A DNA stretch of 64,000 nucleotides, taken from contig CM102285.1 of the NCBI GenBank assembly GCA_046563655.1, positions 14,384,001 through 14,448,000 of the forward strand. The letters are read 5' to 3'. The stretch is from Yuukianura sp. NJ FZ-2021 (lineage: Eukaryota). The notes beneath the pieces are model-generated. The model was not told where the DNA came from. It ran no database searches and was given only the letters and a program-made list of their open reading frames with translations. Made by a program: the position numbers and the translations under genes. Positions 12,036 through 22,731 of the stretch are shown one piece after another. Numbering within the stretch: the stretch's first letter is position 1; every line of letters starts with the position of its first letter.

Positions 12036-12885
12036 TTAGGAGAGCTTCTTTACGTCTTGCCAGCGTAGAGCACCGCTGAGGAAGGAATTTGCGTCGTATG
12101 TCCGAAACGGAGTTTCACCAACCCTAGAAATTAAATTTAAAAAAATTAAAATTACTTTAATTAAAAATTATTTTAAACTTTAGCACATTCAAGATTAAAG
12201 TTAAATCTTGATTGAATTTGGAGTGAAAACTCACCGGTATTCATTCAAATCACCGATAGTTCCTCTGTCCAGAATATCCGTAATAAAACGTTCACTGAAA
12301 ACGTCTCGTGCTACCCGTTTTTTGTTGGCTTCGTTCTCCTTCCATTTTGTAGCCACTTCAACATTGAATTCGTCAACATGAGTTTCAAAAAGAAGTGGAA
12401 TTGCCTTTGAGATCTCCGAAGTTGGCAGCATTGTTGTTCTTCCTCCGAGTGCCTAAAACAAATTCGGTTTTAGTTTTAGTAATAAATAATACATTTTTGG
12501 AACCAATTTTTATAAGAATGTTGGATGTATAAAATATGTTTAACTTTTGAACTCTTACCTCAATTACAGTTAAGAATGTTTTAAACTCGGAGTGTTTCCT
12601 ATCCCTGCTCAGCTGCTTTGATCCGGCTGTTCTTGCGTAGAGTGGACAATTGATGATTGTAAATACAGGTCGATATGCGGAGTCGTGGATTTTAGTAAAA
12701 ATGTCTGCGACGGATTGATTTGAATCGTGGAATTTATCAACGTTAAATTGCTTTACAAATCCGGATTTAGGTCTCTCAAAAATGTCTGCATTCCATTGTT
12801 CTTCATCTTGATTATTCATCTCTTCCTCCAACAGCCTGCTCCTCCTTCGCAGCGATTTTGCAGTGGTTCTGGTTGGTTGAACCAT
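12036..12885 (-). CDS. Uncharacterised 210-aa protein (3 exons)
   Basis: Exons 12559-12885, 12235-12452 and 12036-12123 join in frame through canonical GTAAGA/GTGAGT donors and AG acceptors (633 nt). No family recognised. Confidence 0.65.
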
Positions 12886-12927
12886 TCTTCAAAATCATCT
12901 GAAACAAACAGCTTGATTACTTTAGTT

Positions 12928-13197
12928 GGTTCCATGCCATTGTGTCAATTGAATTGTATCAACTACTATTGCATCAACTGAATTGTGTCAATTTGAATTG
13001 TATCAACGCTCGATTGTGTCAACGGCCACTTGTATCAACCAACGTAACCTAACCTAACCTGAGCTAAATTAAGCGTTACACTCGTTGACACAATTAGTCG
13101 TTGATACAATTGACCAGTTGATACAATTCTAGTTGACACAATTTAATTGATGCAATGGCAGTTGATACAATTCAATTGATACAATGGCGTGCTAACC
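12928..13197. mobile_element. Foldback-type MITE, 270 bp, with 8-bp TSD CTTTAGTT
   Basis: Terminal inverted repeats ggttccatgccattgtgtcaattgaattgtatcaact / agttgatacaattcaattgatacaatggcgtgctaacc; subterminal attgt(a/g)tcaa repeats; central (aacct)3; identical flanks ctttagtt at 12920-12927 and 13198-13205. Confidence 0.85.
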
Positions 13198-13372
13198 CTT
13201 TAGTTTTCCAAATTATAGTTCTTATTTAATCTATCGCTTTCCAAAGCTGTGAATCCAAACCTACTACTAAAGTACCGAAAAACTCAAAATTCGTCACTGA
13301 AATAACTGAAAACTCAAATCCAAAACAACGATTTTCAACGATTCCTTTTTCAGAAATTCTCTGAAATTCGGA

Positions 13373-13700
13373 AATTCCAGAAATTTTATATTTTGACAGA
13401 CCTTTCAAGAGGATTCATGTGACCGCCAAACCCGCTGCAATGATTGGCACCCAAACTATTTTCTTAGTCTAACTATTTTTGTTCATCATGCCCCACGGAG
13501 TGTGTAGTATCATTTATAAAATTGTAATAACTTAATTAATTAAAATACTTATCAAAATATATTTTATTACCATTAGTTTAATTACTGTTATTTTAAATAA
13601 GTATTTACTAAAATACGCCCAACACTATCGTCGCAGGGTGTCCTCCAGCGGTGCAGAAACCGCTAGACAGATTTCAAAAATTTGATTTCGCGGGCAAATT
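13373..13700. repeat. ~325-bp diverged duplicated promoter-region segment, copy 1 (copy 2 at ~17367-17692)
   Basis: Colinear blocks shared by both copies: aattccagaa, tttgaca(a)gacctttcaagag, ttagtctaactatt, catttataaa, aaaatacgccca, gctag.caga.ttcaaaa, atttcgcgggc. Confidence 0.75.
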
Positions 13701-14050
13701 TTTGATTGAATTTTGACATCAACAGACAGGGCTCAAACAAGAATTATTATTAGTTTAATTAATTAATATAATTATAATTATATTAATTAATTATAATTAA
13801 TAATATACGCCCACAAGGCACTGTGCACGCAATACACTTTACGTCACCGAAGAAAGGTCGCTTGAAATCCTGTTCGTTAAAACGACACAATCACTCCCTA
13901 ATTAACACCAACAAATTGCTAATTGTAGGTCATTCTTATTTCAGTCATCAAGTTTGATTATTGTCTGCGATTGACACATAACCTAACTTATTGTAAAAAG
14001 GTAGAAAAAAGGAGGTATAAAATTTATACTGCTGAGTTAAGTAGCCATAT

Positions 14051-17000
14051 TCAGAATTTGAGCGGAAGACTTGATCGCTGAAACTGCCTTGGAGTAATAC
14101 TGGACGGCATTGGAGATTCGAGATGGCGTAGAGTCTCGGCTACGAATTCGGCTGCCTGGAAAAGAAAACATCAGTGCTTGGATTGTATCACACAATTTTT
14201 ACTTTTACCCTTAACAATTGTTACGAATGTCTACACTTACGGATGTAATCCTCGGCTCGCACTGAGTGCTAGCATTCCGTAGAATTGTCCACAGCTTAGC
14301 AGGATTACTACGCAGAAGAAGATCTCTTATTTTTTCGGAGTGTACTAGCAGGTAACCGATTACTCTCAAAGCAGAAGATTGAATGCCAGCGTCGGTATGA
14401 GCGATCAGTCTCCATAACTCGTCTCCATTATCATTTTCTGCAACAATAACATCACAAGTTAGTTACTAAAGTTGTTATCTGATATTGTTCAAATAAGTTG
14501 GACATACCGATCAAGATTTCTTCCAGCATATTGAAGTTTCCTGGAAGCGTTCTCATTAGATGACATAGAATACTTAGTGCATCTGAAGTAATCTGCGTGT
14601 TTTTTTTATCCAGGCGAAGATACAGTTGGAAAAGCACTGAAGCTTGGAAGCCCACAATGCTATCACACAATTGGACCACGAACCGTTGCTCAGAGTGAAC
14701 CAGAAAACATACCTGAACATAAAGTACAAATTTTAGTTATAGCTAACCATTTTAGTAACTAACTGCTAACCAATTAAACTCTTATTAATTGAATTACCAA
14801 TCGAAGACATTTATCCATGGCATCAATGTCGTTGTCTGTGAGGATATTTGGGATATCGTGGCAATCTACTGCTCCCGCTCCGCCATTTTCTGTTCTTCTC
14901 CGAATCACAATGAGTTTGGAGGCGTAAATTAGATTTGCTACAACTTTTGAGTCCAAGTAAACGCTTTCCAAACTTCTAATCGCTGGTTCTTTCTTATTTT
15001 CTAACACAAAGGGGAGTGACAGTAGAAACCCAATTTTGTCCACAACCACGACGCTTGTGTGCTGATTTCTAAGTGGCTGAACTATCAGTCGAAAGGAATA
15101 CTTTTCACAAAGACTCTCCGGGTTCCGTATTACTTCCTGAAATTTCCAACGAAATTTTGAATTCGTCATCTATTATTCTAATCTTAATGCAAAATTTAAA
15201 ATGTACCGTCGTCAATTTCATTTATACCTTAATATTTTTGTGAAGATAATCAAGCCATTCTTCTTCGATTTCCATAGGATCATTTTCTCCATGCAACCCA
15301 AGTGCGAGTCTCGTTCCAGAAATCCAGGGATCCAGAGCGGAGTGTCTAACTGAATCTAAGTTAATTAAAATATATTAATAATATTACATATTTTATATTA
15401 TAATAACATGATTATATATAAATATATTAGACCTCTAATGTCAGACTTGACCGAAGACCCTGAGTCCACAACAACTGTTGCCTTTTCATCTTCGCTTTCA
15501 TCCTCATCAGAGCTGGATGTGAGCGTATCCAGCGAAGAATCACTCGAATTCAATGAATTCTCATCGTCTTTCGGATGTAACGTTTCTTGGACAATCCCAT
15601 TTTGTGCACATTTCTGGGGCTGGGGCATGGCTCTTTCAGTTAGTGTTGGGCGAGCAGCAACAATTTTTCCATTTTGCACAATAACATAATTTGAGGGATG
15701 CGGATGACGCGGAGTGCCATTTGCTGGGTTACAAAACTTATTTCTCAAATTCGAGATTCTCTTGTCAACTTCAGCTTTGTCGCGGAATTGCATGTTCTGG
15801 ATTCGTCCACGTTCCGTTTGCTTAGCCAATGTCTGGGACGGACTTAATGCTTTAGTCAACTTTGCAATATCCTCCTTGTTGTAAACAACTCTGCTGGAAA
15901 CGTACGGGTGCTCAACTATTTGTTCCAAGTTAAAACGTTTCTGACTTTCTTTTTCCAGCAGTCCCTGAAAGTATATAACAAAGCGATTAATCAACTAGTT
16001 GATAATTGAAGAAGGCTTCGAGTTGAAAGGTTCTGAAATACCTTTAGAAACGTTAAACAATCGCCTTTGATCCGAACATCCCATTTGATAGGTTGTTTGA
16101 CCATCTGAAATAGCTCATAGAATTGGTCTGTTTGGTAGGGAGGAGCGCCCACCAATAACTCATACAAAATACATCCAAATGACCTAATCGTAAAGTAAAA
16201 CACGTAATTCGTTAGATGTTGAATTGACGCAAGTGAATATTGTTTTACTAGAATATCCAATTCATATTACCAAAGATCCGTCTTATAGTCATAAGGCTTT
16301 CGATTCATTATTTCCGGTGCCATGTAAAGTGGTGTCCTACAATTCAAAATTCAATTTTGATTTTTGAACAATTTTAAAAATTCTCAAAATGTAACATGAA
16401 AAGTATCAATTCAATTGAAGCCGCACCCTTTGACAGAAGTTAGTAACAAAGTATCCACTGCCGTATCCTTCGCAAATCCAAAGTCGCAGAGCTTCGTAAC
16501 ATCATCAAATCCGACAAGGACGTTATGAGGCTACAATTGCGTAAACACAAACAGTGATTAATTGCTTATCGGATATTTTGCTTTGATTTACTACCACAAA
16601 AAGCGTTTCTGAAATGGTTGGGTTTGTAACGTCGGTGATTGATAAAGTTATGGAGCCTTAATTACCTTTAAATCACGGTGCAAAATATTTTTTGGGTGTA
16701 AGTAACATAAAGCTGATGCGATTTCGGACGCAATTTGCTGAACACGCTCGTAGCTTGGTCTCTGATTGGTATCGGGAGGGCGGGGGATTAGGTCGGCCAA
16801 TGAACATTTGGCGCATTCTAAAACAAGTACCACCTAAAAAAGAACAGAAGGAAACAATACAACAATGTGAGTACTACATTGGTTAAAATTTTCTTACCGT
16901 TGTTTCCGTTGAGTATTCATGGATAAACTTGATAATGTTGGGATGGTGAAGCGTCTTATGAATTTCAAGTTCCCGGCGAAGATCCTCGAGATTTTTAGGC

Positions 17001-17222
17001 TTATGTAGGTCCTAGTAAACCGAATTAAAAGCAAAGATTAAATTTCGCCTTAAGCATTCGAATCATCGAGTAAATACTAAAATTCTTGTACTGAAAAGTT
17101 ACCTTTTTTATTGACTTCAAGGCTACAATTTCTCCAGTTTCCACGTTGCGTGCCTTGTAAACCTTTCCAAAGGAACCTTCTCCTAAGAGATCCCCAATTT
17201 CGTACTTCTCATATACAGTCAT
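14051..17222 (-). CDS. STK36: Serine/threonine kinase Fused/STK36
   Basis: MTVYEKYEIGDLLGEGSFGKVYKAR...VALKSIKK, HRDLKPHNVL, KLCDFGFAK...LTSVKGTPLYMAPE, WSFGCILYELLVGAPP; C-terminal helical/ARM-like region; multi-exon; stop TGA 14051-14053. Confidence 0.88.
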
Positions 17223-17366
17223 ATGGAAGGTCAATTCTTTACAACGGTATCAGGATTAGGATGCCACAACCCGCTGCTCCTCGTTATAATATTAATCGGT
17301 AATCGTTCCGAACACAAGAAGTTAAAAAAAGATGTCAACTTTAAATTTTTCACAAACTCTCGGGCA

Positions 17367-17692
17367 AATTCCAGAATTTGTTTTGTTTTGACAAGACCTT
17401 TCAAGAGAATCCATACGGCCACCAATTTCGCTGCTAGTAATGGGCTCCCAATATATTTATTTAGTCTAACTATTGCTGTTCATAAGGGCCAGAAAGTGTT
17501 TGAAAGCATTTATAAATTGTAGTAACTTAGCTAATTAAAATATGATATAATTATATTAATAGGAATAATTAGTTTGATTATTGTTTCTTTAAATAAGGAT
17601 GTTCCAAAATACGCCCATCACAGCTTTTATATGGTGCACTTCCATCATAGACCGACAGCTAGTCAGACTTCAAAATTCCATTTCGCGGGCTT
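17367..17692. repeat. Duplicated promoter-region segment, copy 2, in the STK36/USP14 divergent promoter
   Basis: Same colinear blocks as 13373-13700, same orientation. Confidence 0.75.
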
Positions 17693-17994
17693 CAACTTCA
17701 AAATTTTTCTTTCATGTTGTAAAGAAGGTGAGTTTGCTACTTTTTCTTTCGATTTTTTGACAATTTACAAATTTACTTTAGGCAGTGTTTTTTTTTAGAA
17801 GATTCTGTTTATTTCTCAAACTTAATTTTTGGTTTTAGTCATCTGTAATCGGTTTCGGCTAACTACGAAGTCTACGAGACGGTTAAGTTTGCTTACCGAC
17901 AAGAGTCTCTGCAAATAATCACTTTTCAGATCAGTTGATCTTGCTCCTCCGGAAGTGGACATAGGAAGACGTGTTTCTGAATCCTCAATCCACA

Positions 17995-19849
17995 ATGCCT
18001 ATCTTGAACGGTAAGTTTAGATGTTGATTGCTAGTGAAAAGTGAAAAAGACCGCTAAGGTTAAAACATTTTTGACAGTTGCCATCAAATGGTTGCGGGAG
18101 ACTTACAAGGATATAGAATGTAACACGGACGAGGATCCGGCTTTGTTCAAAGCCCAACTGTTTGCTCTAACTGGAGTCAGTCCAAGCCGGCAGAAGGTAT
18201 GAACGTTGTTGAAGTTTTGTATAAACGATGAATGATAAGTTGACTTTTTATGATTTCAGGTGATGGTGAAGGGGAAGACGTTGGGTGATGACTCTTGGGC
18301 GACATTCCCGGTGACTAATGGATCAACACTCCTTCTAATGGGAACGAGGGACGAAGATTTCCAGGCCGCTCCTGTCGAGAAAGTCAAGTTTCTTGAAGAT
18401 ATGAACGAAACTGAGCTGGCTTCTGCTGTAAACTTCATTTTTAAGTTCAATCAAATTCGTTTTTCTAACGATTTTTCTAAATTACAGCTGGAGCTGCCTG
18501 TGGGCTTGGCCAATCTAGGGAATACTTGCTACTTGAATGCGACTGTTCAATGTCTCAAGACTGTTCCACCGTTGTCTGAATCTTTGAAGAAGTTTTCTGG
18601 TGCTAGTAGTCTGAGTGCTACGGATACTTCACAGTCTATTACTGCCGCTCTCCGTGACTTATACAATACAATGGACAAGAAAATCTCTTTTCCGCCAGTC
18701 GTGTTGCTCCAGGCAGTTCATACTGCCTTTCCACGGTTTGCTGAGCGGGGAGAAAATGATGTCTGGATGCAGCAGGATGCCAATGAATGTTGGACCGAAA
18801 TTGTCCGAATGCTGCAGCAAAAACTACCACCACATGTTCCAGGAAAGTATAGTTCAGTGGTGGACCAGTTTTTTGGCGGGAAACTGGCAGTGGAATGGAA
18901 AAATAACGAATCTGCTGAAGAGCCTTCCACTTCTTCATCCGAGGGATTTCTCCAGCTGAGTTGTTTCATTGCACCCGAGACGCGCTATCTCCAATCGGGG
19001 CTTCTCCATGTTCGAAATTTAAAACTTTAAACTTTTTTTTGTTCAAAATTCTAAACAATTTTTTGTTTTCAGAAATTGGACGAAGTTGTGACCAAGAATT
19101 CGCCGACTTTGGGACGAGATGCAGAGTACCACAAGAAAGCAAGAATTGATAGACTTCCGGCTTATCTTACTATTCAAATGGTCCGCTTTTACTACAAGCA
19201 ACGAGGTGGCAACAATGCCAAGATTCTCAAGGACGTCAAGTTTCCACTTATGTTTGATGCCTTTGACCTCTGCACGCCACGACTTCAACAAAAACTGCTC
19301 CCAATGAGACAAAAGTTCAAGGAATTGGATGACGCCGTGGCAGAAGGGAAAGGAAAACTTCCAAAGTCGGGTGATCAGAAGAAGGGGAATGAAAATACCT
19401 ATGACGTTCCATTTTCGTTTCAAGATGGTAAGTAAATTGATTAATTGTTAACTTAATTAATCAAAGTAAAGTTAATTGTGTGATTGTGATTATTTTCAGA
19501 TGTTGGATCTAACAATTCCGGATTCTATGAGCTCCAAGCTGTGTTGACTCACAAGGGCCGTTCGTCTTCTTCTGGACACTATGTGGCTTGGATCAAGCAC
19601 TCAGAAGGACTCTGGTTGAAATGTGATGATGACAATGTCACTGGAGTTACGGACGAAGATGTTCTCAAGTTGTCCGGTGGTGGAGACTGGCACATTGCCT
19701 ATGTTCTTCTCTATGGTCCCAAAATCCTAAAACTTCCAGAAGGAGAGCAAATGGCGCCTGTTTTCTGTGAGGAGTGTGAAACGAGCAGCACAACGGCGGA
19801 AACTGAAGCTGAAACGGAAATGGAAGGTGTCACTTCTCAAGACGAGTGA
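17995..19849 (+). CDS. USP14: Ubiquitin carboxyl-terminal hydrolase 14
   Basis: N-terminal UBL (FKAQLFALTGVSPSRQKVMVKG...LLLMGT), Cys box GLANLGNTCYLNATVQCL, QQDANECW, RLPAYLTIQMVRF, His box THKGRSSSSGHYVAW, LSGGGDWHIAYVLLY. Confidence 0.97.
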
Positions 19850-19899
19850 TTGGCACACAAAAAAATAAGAAGGAACATAAGGTTCCATTACATAATCAT

Positions 19900-20131
19900 C
19901 TTTCCACCAATTAAAATGAATGCTATCTAACTAAACTTTATATTTGAGGTAAACCTAAACTGCATTGATTGTAATCATACGGTGTAACCGTCGAATCCAT
20001 TTTTGTATCCACCGTGATGTAACGACAGCGTGGTTTTCAGAAATGTAGTAGCTTCTGTTTGATACTGGTACCCTACAATAGATGCAGTTCAGGTGTACCT
20101 CAACCCTGAATTTGACTTTTTTTTGGTCCGG
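19900..20131. repeat. ~230-bp direct duplication, copy 1 (USP14 3' region); copy 2 at ~20691-20916
   Basis: Shared blocks tttcc.ccaattaaaat, tgaggtaaac.taaa.tgcattgattgtaa, tcgaatc.atttttgtatcc, agcgtggttttcagaaatgt, atagatgca, cctgaatttgact...tttttggtcc. Confidence 0.8.
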
Positions 20132-20922
20132 TTTTTTCTTTTAAATTCTCTTAGAACAAATTGGAGAAATCTGTTGAAAATTTAAATTACAAGCAGTAAG
20201 GACGTAGAAGATAATTTTCTTCTTTGTTTGTGGTGTGTTGGATACTGAACAAAAATAAACCCACAACAACTTTTTTATGATCCAGAGGCTGTGCTGTTGG
20301 TTTGGAATTGGATGATGCATTTGAAGACGGAGGAAGTTCACTACAGCAACCGTCGGAGCACAGCCTCTCTCCTACAGGCTATAAAAAGGGATGCGACGCA
20401 TACATTTCCTGCTCATAAGCAATTTCAGTTTTGTTTTAATCCTATTGCTCGAACGGCAACATTTAAAAGAAGTTTTACGGTACGTTTTCAAAAGGTCATC
20501 CAAGACAGCGAATTTCCAATGTCCACCATGACAAACGCAATCGTCTTTGTGACACTCCTATTGTGTAAAATATCAAAAATTCTTAAATATTTAATCATTT
20601 TTATTCTACATATTGAATTATGTGAGTCATTAATTGTTGGATTACTTCTCAGGTGTGCTGGGCAATGGTGGTGGCGTTCTGGGAAGATTGATTTCCTCCA
20701 ATTAAAATTTAAGCTATGAATGCGATCTAATTAATAACTTGCTGCGTACCAGAGTTCGGTTGAGGTAAACTTAAATTGCATTGATTGTAACCATCGAATC
20801 AATTTTTGTATCCCCCCTGAGGTAACCCCATAGCGTGGTTTTCAGAAATGTGGTCGATAGATGCAATTGAGGTGTAGCTCAATCCTGAATTTGACTCTTT
20901 TTTTTTTTTGGTCCAGTTGATT

Positions 20923-22300
20923 TCACTTGTCGTGAAGTATAGAATTTATTCTTTCTTGTCGGTCGTAATCGCTTAGATTTTTTAGAAGACTGGCTAAAGC
21001 CGCTTCTCCGCTGAGGACACCCAGAAGGTTGTGCACAGTGACACCAATACGGTGGTCAGTGATTCTGTCCTGTGAAAAATTGTACGTTCTAATTTTTTCG
21101 TTTCGATTACTACTCCCAACTTGAAGTTTCCGTGTGGATCGGATGAGATTTTGTTGGTCTTCGACTAGTCGTTCGTATAGCCTTGCCCGGAGCAGTGTCA
21201 TTGCAGAAGCTTTGTTCTGGATTTGTGATCTTTGAGTTTGGGAGTCAATTGAAATTCCACTTGGGATATGGGTAACACGAACAGCACTTTCCGTTTTGTT
21301 GACATGCTGACCTCCGGCTCCTGTGGCTCGTTTGGTTTCTATTCGAAGGTCAGCTGGATTTATGACGACTTGGATTTCAGAAGGCATTGGAAGGATTGCT
21401 ACTGATGCGGTACTGGTGTGTACTCTTCCAGCTCGCTCGGTCTTGGGAACCCTCTGGACACGGTGGACACCGGCTTCATATTTTAGCAATTTGTATGCGT
21501 CTGGACCAGTTATGGATCCACTTGCAAGTCGAACGCCGCCTGTAGCACATAATTCAGGTTGAAGAATTGTGAATTCATGAAAAAATTCTGATTTTTTTTT
21601 GAATTACCGATATCCGTTTCAGCGTATGAGAGTTCTTCGAATTCCCATCCGCTGTAAGCAGCAAAGGATTTGTACATTTGAAATAATTCTTCTGCAAAGA
21701 GCATCGCTTCTTGACCTCCGACTCCAGCAGACACTTCTATGACCAATCCATCGCTGTTGTCCATTGGATCTCCTTCGCTGTTTACCAGTACTTCCAAGAG
21801 CTGTTACAAATTTTCGAAAAATGCTTAGCAATTTTATAAAAACTGAAAGATTAACATTGGAAATCGTTTCTATTTGACCTCTTCACCCAAATGAGTCAAA
21901 GACGTTTTCAATTTTTCAGAATCCGCCACTGCCATGTCTTTCAGCTCCTTGTTCTCTGGAAAAAACAATGTTAAGTTGTTAGCTACCGTCAGAACTAAAA
22001 GTAATTACAGAAATTGTCACCTTTTGCTAAAATTTCCAGTTCCTGGAGCTCCAGTTGCTCATTTTCGATAGATTGTAAAATGTGGGCCAATTTAGTATTG
22101 TTTGAGTTCTTTGGATTGTCCATTTTCTGATTAACCTTTTTAACAAGTGTTTGAAGTGTCCTGTCATCCAGTAATTGCTGATGTAGAAATCTACTGCCTT
22201 GTGATTGTTTTGCAAATAAATTCCAACTCCATGCATTGGATTTTAAAATATGAACGGGTATACTTTTGTAACAAAAATTGCTAAACTTGGTACACAGCAT
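20923..22300 (-). CDS. MTRF1L: Mitochondrial peptide chain release factor 1-like
   Basis: Presequence-like N-terminus, IEVSAGVGGQEAMLFA, LKYEAGVHRVQRVPKTE (PxT motif), ATGAGGQHVNKTESAVR (GGQ), KIRTYNFSQDRITDHR. Confidence 0.95.
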
Positions 22301-22731
22301 GACTGTCAATGATTAGGATTTCAGCGAGTCTTAAACAAGCAAGTCGTTAAAGTAAAGTACGACTTTTAAAGGTCAGAGGTCAAAGGTCACAGTGAAAGCT
22401 AAACGCCGAACAATGCAAAAGTCAATGAAAAAATCTAATAAAATTCTGGTTTCAGAAAAAATAGAATAAATAAAACCGCCAGTTATTTTCAAAATGAAAA
22501 TTTCAAAATTTGGGGAACGTGAGACGAAAAAAAGCTAGTGGCGCGAATCGTGTTTCCGAATTTGAATTTATTCGAACTTTCGGTTTTGTTTACTTTTTTT
22601 TCCCTAATTTTTGTAAATCTTGGAGGAAACGAGGAAAGTTAAGTTAATTGACAGATTTTTAATTAATAGTATTATAAACTGTTTGAAGGAAACTTAATAA
22701 GTTTATTGCAGAATCGAACTAAAGCAGGAAG

